A DNA stretch of 63,609 nt, the filler included, from Dimorphilus gyrociliatus (taxonomy: Eukaryota > Animalia > Annelida), in the NCBI GenBank assembly GCA_904063045.1. It is 5 parts of 5 records of this genome, joined end to end, with 100 filler letters (N's around TTAATTAATTAA, not from the genome) between each part and the next. Parts side by side here need not be neighbours in the genome. Positions count along the whole stretch, not along the records: positions 23,259 to 49,720 come from CAJFCJ010000155.1; 4 more parts are not named here. One strand, given 5' to 3'. This document shows, one piece after another, positions 23,719 to 37,780 of this stretch (within the stretch, counting starts at the first letter, position 1; each line of letters begins with the position of its first letter). The translations under genes were made by a program, and so were the position numbers. The notes below the pieces were generated by a model. It made no database searches. It was not told where the DNA came from and saw only the letters and a program-made list of their open reading frames with translations.

Positions 23719-24261
23719 GTTATGGTAGAAAGAAAGGAGCTACTGAAAAAAACTGTTATCTATTTGTCGAATCGCCGGGAATTGATCTCCCGACAGGACA
23801 CACGAGTATACAGACGTCGATAAAGATCTCATGTTCCGTAAAGGGGTAAAGAGAGAAAAGAGACGTTTTTCGCGTCATATATTTCCCCCTCGGGGTTAGG
23901 CGGAGAGTCGGCGAGAAAACGTGTCTAACGCCAATTCGAATTCGGTCTGTTAATCGGAGCGTGCGTTTCGCCTATGTCGTCTAGTTGGCAGTTTAATAGC
24001 CGAAATAATAACTGTGTATGTATATGATTTTTTTCCAGCCGTTCGCGTGTGTGGGTTTGTATCCTCCCATATACCTCCTCTTTTCGTTTTTTCTTTATCC
24101 TTTTCCTCTTCAGTAATTAGATAGGCTTTAGTGCAACTTTTTCAGAACTACTGCAGGTTTTTAACTTCTTATTAGGATAGGGGATTTAAGGGGTCGAATG
24201 AGAGAGAGTTAATTAAAGTTGTGCCAAAAAAAGGCGGGTAGAGCCTGCGCACCTGGATAGT

Positions 24262-25332
24262 ATGTCCACGGGTTATGAGCAAGGTATGAAAGGAGGTTGT
24301 CGGCACCCGGAAGATGGACAAAGGTCAGGGAAGAGATGAAAATGGTGTAAAATCAGCGGGAGTTGACGAAAGCATTTCGTAATTTGACAGTAATGACAAT
24401 GCGCTCCTCATTCCTTTCTTTTTCCCGTTCCTTCTTTTTTCTATTTACGCTTTCTTGCTTTTGTATTTTTCGGTCTGCGCGTGCGCAAACGAAACGGCTT
24501 GTTTATTCTGTAAGACGTAATCGGCGAAATGAACTCTCTTCAACGCGGCGTCGTGTAATTACCGTTCAAACGGCTCGGGAAAACAAGCGCTAAACCGGTA
24601 GCGACTGTTCAAACAGTGTCATCGGGCGGTTCATTAATGAGTTTTACTTGTTTATTTCTTACGTAAACGACGACTATAACGTTCTTTATTCTTTTCATTT
24701 AATAGATAAATCCACTCAAAACATCTTCGCTTCTGCCAAACCTTTAGTTGGCAACGATTCATCTGATCAATCACCAAGATCTACACCATCCCCAACAACT
24801 CCCCCACCATCCTCATCTATCTCATCGACACCCGTCGTCACTCCACCTCCGAGCAACGTCTACATGCATTTCACGGACGAAGGTCTTCTACAGTCTCATA
24901 GAAAACCGGAAGCACTCTGCCTGGTATGCGAGGATAGAGCTTCGGGAAGGCACTACGAGGTCCAATCGAGCGATGGTTGTCGCGGCTTCTTCAAACGGTC
25001 GATTAGGAGGGAGATGGACGTCAAGTATGTTTGCAAAGAGAATGGTCAGTGCATCGTAGACGTAGCCAGGCGGAATCAATGTCAAGCGTGCAGATTTAGA
25101 AAGTGTAACGAAGTCGGTATAAAGAAAGAAGGTATGTACCCTGACTACTAAACACAATAAATAAGAAACTAATTAGTTATGTTTGGTCGTATAATTCTTT
25201 CTAATCCAACCATCTATCCATTCAGCTGTTCAGCACGAACGCGCTCCAAGATGCTATCAATACAAGAGGGAAAGTCCGGATTATTCCGGAGAGAAGACAT
25301 TCTACCAAATTGAAATGTCTTCCAATTCTTAA
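24262..25332 (+). pseudogene. NR2E6/PNR-like nuclear receptor: DBD with a lost zinc ligand, stop before any LBD
   Basis: Exons 24262-24283, 24706-25131 and 25226- (phase-consistent GT-AG). CLVCEDRASGRHYEVQSSDGCRGFFKRSIRR..YVCKENGQCIVDVARRNQCQACRFRKC..KKE/AVQHERAPR; TAA at 25330. Confidence 0.8.
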
Positions 25333-26739
25333 CAATTCAAAATTTCTCCAAAAGTATAAATAAACCTTTCTACTATTGATTGATATATTTCTATTGATAA
25401 TAAACTCGGCGTAATGGCAATTGTCAATGTTTTCTTTCATCATCAAATAGTCTGCAAATATTCGTTTTAGGTGAAAGAACTCTGTCAGAACTTTACAGCT
25501 TTCTCTAATCCAACATTTCATGCATAAAATATATATTTTCATTTCGCTAGTTTCATTGATCTTCTCTTTTAACTCATATTTTCCATTTTTATTTTCGTGT
25601 AATTGATCTCTATTGACTGTTGGGAGAATTGAAAATTCTTTTGGCAGTTAATACAAGACAGTAAGATATTCAAACTGTTGGTAGGTAGGGGGCATGGTTC
25701 CATTTCCGCCTACGAATTATCGTATCCATTCGAATGACATATACTGGTTAAATTGAGTTTTGTAGTACAGAGTTGATTTGTTATCATAAATCTTTGGAAT
25801 ACCACTAATAATCGAATAAGAATGCGAATCATCATCTTCAATTTTGAATATTTTGATTTTAAGGCAATAGCTTGAAATTGGAAGGAAAGAGATGAGCAAC
25901 TTTGTTGATGATTGCATAAACATGATAAAGCTCCTAATCTTTCTTCTTCTTCTTCTCTCTCTCTCTTTAACAGCAATAAAAAGAAGAGAATTAAAAATAT
26001 AAAACAGTTTTGAATAGAAGGTCCACAACTCCCAGTTCAAACTCTTTTACTCCAAAAATCAACCAACAAATGAATTTTAGAGTACGTTCTGCTTATTGGT
26101 TGGTTGGAGATTGTCATGAATAAATGTCGACAAAACTATGCTTCAACCCTAACCCTAAGTAAAAATGAATGGCTATCTCTTTTTTGTCCTATCCATTCTT
26201 CAATCCAAAATCTAAATCTCACAAATCTAGGTTGTGGACGTTTTCCCTCAACTCCATTAATTTCTTCATCATTCCTATTTACAATACTTAATTTTGTGCA
26301 ACCCAGCCCTGCACCTCTCTCTCTCTTCTCTGCACTGCTCAACTTGAATCTCTTAGTGCAAACTTTGTTCTAATGTTTACTGACGTTGTGCTATGTATTG
26401 ATTGCACAAAATATCTTTAATTATGATCAAAGAGGCGTTTCTTGTACATTTATTCTCTCCATTTTGTGTAGGGTTTGTTTTCAAATATAAAAAGAAATGT
26501 ATATTGAGTAATTGCTTAAATTATAATTTATCCAGTAAAAACCTGTTAATTGATGATTGAAGCAAATATAAAGGTATTCTTCCTCAGTTTAACTTTAATA
26601 ATATATGTGTCTATACAATTGCAGTGTTACCAGTTTATGTAAATATTTATTTCTTATTTGTTAAAGAAAAAAACATGTCTATAAAGCTAGTAAGAACATT
26701 TTCTTTCTCCACATGATCAAGATTAAAGTTTATTCAAGC

Positions 26740-27673
26740 ATGGCTTTCTATTTTAAACTGTTTCTCCCTTGTTCAATATTTCTGATAGTACTCTTAATAA
26801 AGAATGTAAATTGTGGTATGAAAAAGAAACAAAAAAAAATTTTCTTTGCTGAACAGAAATCTGTTGAAATTGATTTTTCTTTTAATTTTAGCTTGCAACT
26901 ATACAACCTACATAGACCAGAAACCTTCAAGTGGTGAAAGAATGATGAAATTTAAACCAATCAGTCAACCAAAGTGTAAAATATATTGTGATCTTCATCC
27001 TATGTGCAAGTAAGAGATTGAGATATGTTCCTACTGTTTAAAAATTCTAAATGACTATTTCTTTTGCCTTTTTAATTTAGGTCATATACTTATGATGAAG
27101 GAGAATTGAAATGTAAATTATATTCGAAAAATAAGGAACTTACAGATGACATTGGAACTAAATATTTTGAAAAAAATACTTTATGCCGTAATGAAATCTT
27201 TTTTGTATAGTTTTTTTAAATTTTTAAAAACAAAAAAAAAATTATTTAAAAATGTCTTTTTTTTTAAAAAAAAAATTATTTTAGCAAATCCTCCACAAGG
27301 TAAGAAAAACATTGTTTTTTTCTTTTTTTCAATGTTCAAAATAGTAAATTTGTTGTTGTTGTTGTTGTTTTTAAAATATAGTAAAACAATTTGAAAAGAT
27401 TGAGTATAAAATATACGAAAATCCTGACATTGAAGAATTTGTGGGAGATTTAAATATGTGTAAAGAGTATTGTAGTGTTTTGGACAACTGTCAGTAAGTA
27501 TTTAAATATATTATACAACAATTCTGTTTTTTATAGCATAATTGTTTTATTGTTTTAAAGGGGCTTTTCTCGAATCGATTCAGAGAATGAATGCATATTC
27601 AGAATAGAATCCTACTCTTCAGACCTTAATTTGAATGCTGACCTTGAGTCCAATTATTATAGGCTGAAAACAA
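26740..27673 (+). CDS. Secreted protein with two PAN/apple domains, at least 6 exons including a 15-nt micro-exon; 3' end unresolved
   Basis: Signal MAFYFKLFLPCSIFLIVLLIKNVNC; spliced frame CKIYCDLHPMCKSYTY..CKLY; micro-exon 27285-27299; CKEYCSVLDNCQGFS..CIF. Splice phases stay in frame. Confidence 0.8.
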
Positions 27674-29447
27674 GTAAGTGATGTTATTAAATTGATGTGA
27701 CCTATTTTTCATTTGGTGAATAGAAATCACTATCATTAAATTCAATATGCATACCATCATACAAAAGATATTCATATAAAATCAAATGAGTGTTTATCAA
27801 ACATTTTCGCAGCTATGCGAAAGAATTAATTCAAAATAAACAAACAAAACTTTTCAAGCATTTGTTCAACAACAAATTTAGAAAGAAATTTTTACATTGA
27901 TTACGTAACGTTTGTTTGTTTTATAAATGAGATATTTCAAGATTAGATAAGACAAACGATAGGAAGGGAATGGAAAATGTTAGGAAGAAGATAATCGATG
28001 AATTGATTGCGCTTTGTAGGAAAAAAAGGCCTTCATTTGTGGAGATTTTCTGCTACATGTAAACATCATTACTAATGATCAAAGATAACTTTAAGTATCA
28101 ATTGTGTCTTTCAATCAATGATTGCATGAATTGTTTGTACCTTCTTTCTCTCTTCTTCTTCTGCTAATTAAAATTTTGTCAATAAGAAAGATTTCTAGCG
28201 CTAATCATTGATTTTTTGTACTTGAAGTAAAAACACTTTACGTATTACATCATCACTCGTTCAAATAAACTCTCTGTTCACAAATCCATCGAACTGTTCT
28301 ATTCTCCATACTTGTCCTCTCATAATCAATTTTATAGATAATCCCAAAGGTTGACCTATTTTCCGAGTCAACCACATAGACCAAAAAATCTCAAAATATT
28401 CCAGTTAACCGAAAGAGTTTCCTCTTCTCTTTCCTACCTGAAGACAATATCTGGTAGAAGTTTAGAAGAAGTGATATTTACAGTTTTTCTACATTGCTCC
28501 ATTCAATATATATTGAAATTTTAGACTCTGATTTCTTGCACTGCAAAAGGAGTTGACTTCCATTCAGTATCTTCAATAACTGTTACGGTACATGTAGCCA
28601 TTTTGAAATTTTCCTCATTTTCAAAAGAGTAAACTGAAACAATTACTATTACTTCATCTTCATCTTCTCCATTAAACTCTCTGAACCAGACAGACACCTG
28701 CTTTCAAAGCTATTACTCTTAAAGCCTAGCTGTGATGGTCTAACAGTTGTTCTATATATGACTGGAGCTCCTATAATATCAGGTTCACAGCAATTCAGTA
28801 TTTCATAGCTTTAAATGTTACAATCTATATGCAAAATCTTAATCGTTTAAGAACCTGAGTATATATGAAATCAACGTCAGCTTGCCAGGTGGGAGACGCC
28901 AACTGACCGACCTTTATTTCCTCTGCAATACCAAATGAAAAATCATTATATATTGAAATACCATCACAAATTGATGCAAATTCGAGGTGAACTGAATTGC
29001 AGTAAGTGTAAAAAAAGCAATTTTGCAGTCACAATAGTGATAAATATAATGGGATAAAATATTTACAACAATGAAGTCAATTGCTTCGACAATGGTGACG
29101 AAACATGCAATGAAAAAAAGAACAAGAACAGGACAACACTTCATCTTCCAGAATGCAATGGAAGAGAGAAATTTTCTTGTCATGGCGACTGTAAACCAAA
29201 ACTATTTATATTAAGATATGTTATTTTGGTATAAATTTCAAAAGAACTCTGAAAGAGAAAGTCAATTGGATTTTGTTTGTTTTGTAGTTTGTTCTTTTTG
29301 TTTTCAACATATCATATTTCATAAATAAAAATTACATATTTATTCTCTCTGGACATTTTTTCTTGTCAACATTTTCTGTATTGAATAATTTTTTTCTATA
29401 AAAATTAAACATATAACTGCACAAAACTTGTCAAATTTTAAATGTTC

Positions 29448-29800
29448 TTACACTTCATCATGTTTACATTTTGTAAAATCTATAATTTTTTTTGACAAGA
29501 AAAAAGTTAACACTAAAGTTCGAAATTTTAAATAGACATTACTGCAAAATTTTTCATCTGATCCATTGGAACAATCATTGTTGTTGTTACAAACTAGGAG
29601 ATAACTTATTTGTTTATCCTCAGAAAAACATTTAAAGAAATTTTGATAATCATTCAAACAACTTCTCTCATCATCTCCTAAACTACAATCTTCAATTCCA
29701 TCACAGTAATAGGCTAAATGTATAAATTGTTTATCAGTTTTGCAAAAAAACCAGGCATTACTATCAAAATTTGCAATTTTATTTTTTGGGAATTGAGGAA
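29448..29800 (-). pseudogene. Two LDLa repeats of a decayed extracellular/receptor gene
   Basis: CKTDKQFIHLAYYCDGIEDCSLGDDERSC; CFSEDKQISYLLVCNNNNDCSNGSDEKFC; the next exon contains a stop. Confidence 0.75.
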
Positions 29801-30439
29801 AAAGAAATTTGGTTATTTCTTTGGAGGCAAACAAAAATATTTCATTTTCAGTTTTATCTTAGTAATATTTACTATTTACTGAATTCTTTTTGACAAATTA
29901 TCATATTACTCAAACTTTTTGTGCAGCTTACTCTTGAATACCTGGATTTATATTTTCTTCCTAAAATATTGCAAAGACCAGAGATTGATCTTAAACTATT
30001 TCCTCCATTTTCCAGTTAATGTCTGTTCAAATTAGAATGTATATCAGCATCAGTCTAGAAAAAAGAGCAAATATTGTAAACAATTGTTTTCATGGTGTTG
30101 AAAACACCCAGTTTTCCTTGTCGTAACCTTCGGTCTAGATAACCTTCCTAACTACAGATCATCTACCTCAACTCACATTTAACTGAAACTGGATGTTAAA
30201 CAACAGATACAGCCCCTTTTTTCTACCTTTAACAGCTTTAATTTTGGTAAATTCATACTGAAGTTATTTGATGTGGTTAAAATGGATATAGTTCTTCTAT
30301 TCTTTATTGACTTGAAAACTTGAAAATAAAAAAAGATAAAATAAAACAACATATGAATAAATGTAAAAATAAATAAAAAAATATCAAAGAACACCACAGA
30401 ATGCTTTGTTCAGATTTTTGACAAAGTCACACCACTAGC

Positions 30440-33021
30440 TTAATTACAATCTATTTCCAGTTGTATTTTGAATATAGACCTTCAGAAGTGGAAGAAAAGT
30501 AGAAAGAAAATAATTACACATATGTTTTAATGTAGCATCGGCTGGAGATAATTGTAAAATGTAATTCATAAATTCTATTATAAAATTATATTCATAAGTT
30601 GGAAAATCAGCTAGAGTTAAATTTTTTTCAAGACAATAATTCATCATATGGATTAGATTTTGATTTGACGAAGTATTAAAAATATAATAGCAAGTATATA
30701 AAACAGATATAGAATTCTTTCCAAGACATTTAGTTCCATCTTCTCTTGTGCATTTAATTCCATATATTTTCCTGTGGCTTTTTCTACAAAAATCTCTTGT
30801 ATATATATACATATTAGTATATATATGTATCTTAGTTCTTTTTACAGTTTCCACTCGGGAGTACAACCAGTAAAACTGTATGGATTTCTCAACAAAGCAA
30901 TTAATCAAAGTCATAGATAGATCATTGCAAATAAAACTACATAAGTGATTTAATTGAAAAGGAGAATGAGATGAAGATTTGAAGTTTGTCTACAATTTTA
31001 ACCCTAACATTGTTCTGTTTTACTGAAACATTTCATTTGTAAAACACCTTTGGATAATGAACTATTTTTCTTTACTCTGAAAAATATTGCTGTAATATTA
31101 CATATGAAATGTATCATGTGTTAAAATTTCCAAAAGAAAGAACATTAGGTGTTTCTTCCTCTAAAATCTTACAATATTAATTTGATATAATCATGAATTT
31201 CAGCTGTTGATCTACTCTCTGAAATTCTTGAGTACTTTACAAGAGAGAATAGATTGTCATAGCCCATCATTTCACATATTAAATTGCTGATAGATAACGG
31301 AATTTTTGAAAATTCAACAGTATAACTTGTATTTTCCTCATCTGGTAAAGTGACTTTTAAATTTCCAATAACTCTTTTTTCCGTCTCTTCAATCACTTGG
31401 AGAAGAAATTTTGATTCATTAAAATAATAAAACTTTACTACAAGTTTAAAAAAACAAAGGTTATTCAAAAATCATTGAGAGAATAGGAAAAGTTTATTTC
31501 AAAGTACTCTCATGAAATTCTGAACCACACGTAGAATAAACTGATCTAAAGTTCATTGACGATATGTCAGCGATTTGATCATAATGACATTCTTTTAAGT
31601 TTCCACTTTTCAAATGACATCCTACAATTGCAAAATAATTTAAGAAGAACGTTTTCTAAACAACAACAAAAGACACAATTTTGAATTATGTGTAAAATAA
31701 TGTGTAAAAAACCAACTATAATATTTTCCATTTCCTTGCACTGTTTAACCACTGAACTTTGATTTTTAATTTGACAAATAAACAAACAAGCAGCATGTAA
31801 TGTAATATCTACAGAAAATAAAAATGGAATTGATAACAAAGATTTAGTTAAGAAATAAGAATCTGTATAAGCTTTAAACAATTTATCAAATTCTTCATAT
31901 TGTATATTGAGATCTATAAAAAAACAATAGAAATAATTAGAATTATTCCATGATTTTGGAAGATTTTTTTTTTAAATATTTCATCATCAATCAACATTTT
32001 TCTTTGAGAAAATGTAAGAAATAATATAAAAAATTAACTATATTTTTTAATGCTCGAGTCTATTATAGGCCTATACAAATGGCTACTTAAAAATGATTAG
32101 TTAATCAGCTTCCATAAGACCAAAGTATTTTCATTGCTGGATTGTAGGAAACCTAAAACCCTAATTTTTTATAGTTGATAAAATATTTAGGACAAAATCT
32201 CCAAAATGAACAAACCATCTAATTCGTCATTGACAGGTCAAGTAATTTGTTTTATTATGAATTTTATAATAATTTTTCATTTCAAATGAATAATAGAACG
32301 TTTCATTAATTATTTTTTCATTCTTGTTAAAGTAAAAACTTTCAGTTCTTTTTAATAAAAATTCACTCTTTTTACACAATTCACTATTATATCATCGTCT
32401 TGTATATTCAATTTTGTATATTGATCTATTTCTTTTAAAATAAAGCCTATAGATATTATATATTTCGTGAATTGCGAAATAATCTAAAAATGGAATGAAA
32501 AAAATTATTTTCAAAATAAAAGAAAAAGAATTAACAATTTAAATAAAATGCTCACAATTAATGTTCTTTCTAAAGCATTTTATTGAAGTTTTTTACCCAT
32601 AAAGCAGTTGTTGAAAAATAATCTATAAAAGAATGATTTATGGCAAAACTGTCTAGTTTTGTATTGTTTTAAGAATGTTTTACAATTTGACAGAGAATTT
32701 TTCAATGTTAGACACTTCTTTTTCATACACAACTTTATAACATGATTGAAATTTTAACATCCCACCCAAAGTTCCACTAAAGCCAATATCTGATTCAAAA
32801 CCCATTGTTTTACATAGTTGTAAAAGAGTTTTCTTATCACTTTGATCAAAAAACAATGGGAGAGATTTATGTTTAGTAATTCCATATAGATAATGATTGG
32901 TGTTCTTCAACTCTTGAATAGAAAAGTCCAATGCATTAAATTTGTTTGGAGTTCCAATTAATAATTTGACACTATAAAGTAATATAATATCTAATTTTAC
33001 AAAACTCTTCAGCAAAACCAT
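30440..33021 (-). pseudogene. Probable upstream exons of the same gene (SRCR-like and C-type-lectin-like segments)
   Basis: LCKTMGF (32680..33021), LICEMMGY (31169..31468), CYYIF..YCLEKNLTLADF (30444..30914). Weak motif matches only. Confidence 0.35.
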
Positions 33022-33448
33022 AATAAATTTTAACCCAAAAGAAATACTGAGATATAAAAGCTAGTTTTTTTCTTCGTTAACTATTGTATTGCATTTGCCT
33101 ATTATTCATTTCAAAATTTAATATGTCATTCATTATTATTTTTTCAAAAGTTAAAGAAATTACTTTAATGATTTCTGTTCAAATGTAAATTATTTTACAT
33201 TTATATATTTTTTATAAAGGAGTTGAATATATCATTATTCTAATCTCAAATTAACTATTTACTGCTTCTGATATATTAAGAAAATAATTCAGAGCCGGCC
33301 CAACCTTTTTAAAAAGACATGCCAAATGGAAAAAAAAACACTGATTAGTTAATCAAGTAAAAAGTAAAGCCTACCTTGTTTTAGAGAGATTAATTGGTAT
33401 AAAAAATTACAACTGTAGGACTTAAAAAGCCTGATAGAAAATGGTCTC

Positions 33449-33645
33449 TGTACACTTATGAACTATAGTTATAGATATTATATAAATGATACTTACCATA
33501 TAATGTAAGTACTGGAGTAGATATTTCTCATCTATGATAGGTGGTACCGAGTCAAACCCTTTTGTAGGCAAAAGATAAATTGTTACATAACCAAACATGT
33601 TGGCAGCAACAGCAAGTGTTTATTTACAAAAACATCATGTAACAA
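33449..33645. repeat. Composite dispersed repeat (matches 21141-21230 and 12823-12880)
   Basis: ccaaacatgttggcagcaacagcaagtgtttatttacaaa is similar to ccaaatcgtgttgacaacaacagcgagttgtttatttacaaa at 12823. Confidence 0.7.
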
Positions 33646-35069
33646 TTGACCCTAAGGATTTACCTACACAAACCTGTTGTGTGAACAATCACTATCTGAG
33701 AGTTAGACCCTTGTTGTCGACACCTAATGCATAAAAAGCTGATAAGGAACTGTATAAAAGCCACGGCATCATTACTAAATAATTTCCAATTGTAGTGTTT
33801 ATATGTCAAATATATTGAGTATGTTTTCATAACAAAAAGCCAACAATTTTTACTTTGTTTTGGCCTATTATATCATATTTAAGTTACATTTGGCCAGTGC
33901 TCATTGTCACCAGTTATTATATTTATCTGTTTTATTATTAGGCAAAAACTCCCCTTCAAATTAGAGGCTGTATCCATATTGGTGGACTTTGTTATTCAAC
34001 AGAATAAAGACTGATATTTGCTGGAAAAAAAAACATTGTGCTATAGAATTTATTGAAGAAAGATAATGTTATCCACTTTATATTTCCATTTCAGGGAATT
34101 GATTCAATGACTTTCTTCTGTAGAATCCACGCGAAATAATTTTCTCATTTTTATTTAATCATCTAAAACTGTGGAGGAAATTTTATTTGTTTATTGAAAT
34201 ATGTTGAATATTTACAAATAATCAGAATTATCCCATAAAAGATATAATATAGATTTACTACTAAAAGTAGATGATTTTTTGAAAAGTGTAAGTATAAACA
34301 AATATTGTGCTATTAAAAAATGGTAAATTATATGTTCATGTAAGAGTTTTCATATTCATAAACTCTAACCTATTTCTTCCATTATTCTTCCATTACTATA
34401 GTTGCATAATAAAGTTCCATGATTGAAATACAACGCTCATCTTATGTTCATATATTACGTAAATAATAAAATTAAAATTTGTGTTTTTCATTAAAAATGC
34501 TTTTAAAAACATGGATTACAGATTGAAAACATTAAATATAGTTTTATGAGAGCAGATAGAACTGTTTTTAAGTATTCAATTGTATAGAGATAAAGAAACA
34601 TAATCAATTAGTGCGTGATTAAAAAAACAATACGTTTTGTTTTTTTAGACCACAAAATGTATGTCACTCGTAGTGTCAAGGTCACTTGGTAAAAACATTT
34701 CTAGAAATAGACTATGGTAGTAATAGCAATATTCAAAATTTCTCTCCTATTAGTAGGTACAAAATACTGACCAGAAATCCTTTGCTGGATCTGAACTGTT
34801 ACTCTCAACAGACATTTTGTCTGAATCCTAATAATTCTATATAGGAGAGAGATGCATTTAATGAATGAATTGTCAAACAATTATGAAAATGTCCATTATC
34901 CTGTGATTTACTATGTCATAAAAAAACGGGAACGGGAAAATTCGTCCTCTTATTTAGTAAGAGAATTTGAAAAGAATGTTATGATATATTTATCTATATG
35001 AATATATATTTAATAAATGGAGAAATAAGTAAAGTATTTAAAGGGAAATAGATAAAAATTGAGAGAATT

Positions 35070-35560
35070 GAAAAGAATTCTATTGACAATAAATATTGGC
35101 AGTTTTCTCCAATAGATTCAATGCATTTATTTTTGCTTGTTTATATTCATCCCATATGCTGAAAATATTTCTCTGCCTCTTAATGCTTAATTTGTTTTCA
35201 TATTTTTTCAATTTCTTTTCTGATAAGAGCTTTTGAAAGACTGCAATTAAACATGCTTCATGTTTCAAAAAATCAACTACTAAATAGAAACAAGTATTTG
35301 GAATAGCTTTTATATTAAGTCTTCTGTGCCATCCCTCAACATCATTGTATGAATGCTCATTCCAAATACAGACCAACTAGCTACAGTCCAAATTGAATTT
35401 GTAATCCAAGTCTTTTCAACATATTCATATAAATCTGTATATACATTTTTCTCCAAAACTTCTCTTTTTAAGGTGGAAAAAGTAGGTGGAATCACTTGAG
35501 ATGGAAGGAAAGGCAGGGCTAATCATTTTCTCATCACATTTTTTACATCTTTGCTAGTTT
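35070..35560 (-). mobile_element. MULE (Mutator-like) transposase C-terminal relic
   Basis: RK*LALPFLP..YVEKTWI..WSVFG..NDVEGWHRRLN..EA..IFSIWDEY. Confidence 0.85.
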
Positions 35561-36720
35561 TATAGTCAGTTGCATATCCCAAATTCTAAAAAATAGAAAC
35601 AATTTTATTTCTCTTTTTCCAAAAAAAAGAGTTTTCCCAAAATAAGGACGAGTTTTCCCATACTCTAAAAATCAAGCTATTCGGAAATTGAACTGGAATT
35701 TTGCAGATTGCAAAAAGTGTTTCAATTTAAATTGTTATCTTTGGTTTTCTACACTTCTATTCTTTCATATCAAAAAAAGCATTCTAATAGATACGATGTT
35801 CGTCAGACTTATTTTTGAAAGACACTTCAAAGAATCCTACAGACCCTGTACCCATTGCTGAGTATTTCACAATAAAACTTGATTTTTTACTGCCTTTTAA
35901 CATTTGTATACTTTTGTTTTAATATTTTTATGAGCGGGAGTGTTTTGAGCATGGTATACTCAAAAACCTTTTGATATTCAGTATTGATTATGATTTTGAT
36001 TACTATTCATGGTAAAGAGTTATTCTATTACTTAGAATATTACTCATATTTTTGAGATTGTTTGTCAACTTTAATATCTTTATTGAAATAATACTTTATA
36101 TAAATTATAGAATTTGTCTTCTATCCTCCTTAGGTGTATTATAACCTTAGTCAGAGTTAATTTCTTTCATATTTGATGAAGATTAATTGTTTGTAAAAAC
36201 AATTGAGATTTGTTTCTTAGAACTTACTCTGTAGGAAAATTAAATGATGTGGGAATATCTTCAACTTTCAGGTTGACAAAAAACAAAACCATTACGATTG
36301 GCACTAGATGAATAATAGGAACAGCTGAACATTTCCGGATAGTAAAGCATTTACATTTATTTTTTACGTTTGGTGGCATGTTGCTCTTTCTTTACTCGGT
36401 TATGCCAAGAGTAATGCTAAAGTAAATGTTGTAAGCCTAATGTTCTTAGTGAAAGAACAATAATAGTTGCCTATAGCTAAAAATACTGCAAAAACATCAC
36501 AGTGTTTTTATTTCTCTATAATATAGCTCTGAATATGTTAATTTCTTTCATCGTTATTTCACAATATCTACCAGCTCTTCGCCAATATTTTTCTTAAATG
36601 ACCCACAACATTATTAAGTATACCAGTCGAAAACGGCCATAAATGAAATATTTGAAAGTTAGATTTCAGGGAAAAGGAAAAAGGTTAATATGAATAAGAT
36701 AACTGTTGATATGCTCTTAG

Positions 36721-37000
36721 AGGGGTCCCATCTAAGGGTTAAGGGCATTCAAAAAGGTTGGGCAGAAACAAAGGCTAGGTTAGGGTTAGGGTAAAACCAT
36801 ACATTTATGGCCGTTTTCTGCCACATCCAGTAAATCAAGAAAGCGTCTATTCTTTTAAAATCCTTGGATATAAGATCAACTCTTGGTTTCTTATTATACT
36901 TTAAATTTTGTCTTTTTAGCTGCCTCTGAATTGTTTTAAGGGGGTTCCCTAACTTTAACCCCACCTTTTCCCTTACCTTTAACCTTTAGATGAGACCCCT
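36721..37000. mobile_element. MITE-like element, 280 bp, 21-bp TIRs, internal telomere-like motifs
   Basis: aggggtcccatctaagggtta (36721-36741) is an inverted match to taacctttagatgagacccct (36980-37000), 2 mismatches; internal ggttagggttaggg. No clean TSD. Confidence 0.6.
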
Positions 37001-37039
37001 ACCCCTGAGTACGAACCAGTTGTTGTTTTCCTCTTCCTA

Positions 37040-37260
37040 AACATTTTTCAATCCAAAATTCAGCCTTAAAATTTCTCATTTGTGAATATTTTCTGTTGAC
37101 CCCATTTTAAGGCTCACATCTACGTCTAATTCCTTTAAAATCTTTGTTGCTGTCAACCGTTCCTTGTTACTTTTCAGTCTTTTCATAACCCTTTTTCTCT
37201 TGTTTATGCCTCTTTCTATAGGTTCCTTTGAATGACAACTATTCTCTTGTTCTGGTGGCT
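37040..37260 (-). mobile_element. Tc1-like DNA-binding (HTH) relic
   Basis: KRVMKRLKSNKERLTATKILKELDVDVS resembles the second Tc1 HTH. Confidence 0.35.
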
Positions 37261-37414
37261 AATATTTTAGAATATTGCTAAATGTAGATAATGATCAATG
37301 AAACATCATTACATTCCTCGTTCATAAGATTCATTCATGAATTAAAAAATTAAAAACTTTGAATTTTTAAAAAACTAATTTATAGAAAAATATTGCAATT
37401 CTAATATTTAAGTC

Positions 37415-37780
37415 TAAGCTTTACATTATATCCTTCATCATTATTAGTTCTGACAGCCAAATCAAACACAGACCAAGAATCACATGCCCAAGTAGTATAG
37501 ATTATTCAAGTTCTTTCCTTAAATATACATATCTGTATATTAAATTAGATAATTTTCCAATACTTTTTAAATGAGTTTTTATTCTAATAAACTCCTGTGG
37601 AATATTAGCAGGCGAAAATGGTAAAGCCGTGAGAAGCTTCATTTCAGTTCACTTCTACTTTGGTTTTTGTAGTCAGCTGAATGTTCCAATGCCGACATAA
37701 AGTTCGATGTAATAGAAAAAACAAAGTTCTTGGTTCCTCCGATTAATCTTTTCTTCAGTGATAATTCATCACTTGTTTAC
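37415..37780 (-). mobile_element. Second MULE transposase relic
   Basis: CFFYY..KLLTALPFSP..DSWSVFDLAVRTNND-EGY. Confidence 0.75.

Noticed and set aside
25330-25920. Near-open minus-strand frame with faint D8C/uromodulin-like similarity
   Set aside because: Cysteine pattern incomplete and several stops; cannot be assigned.
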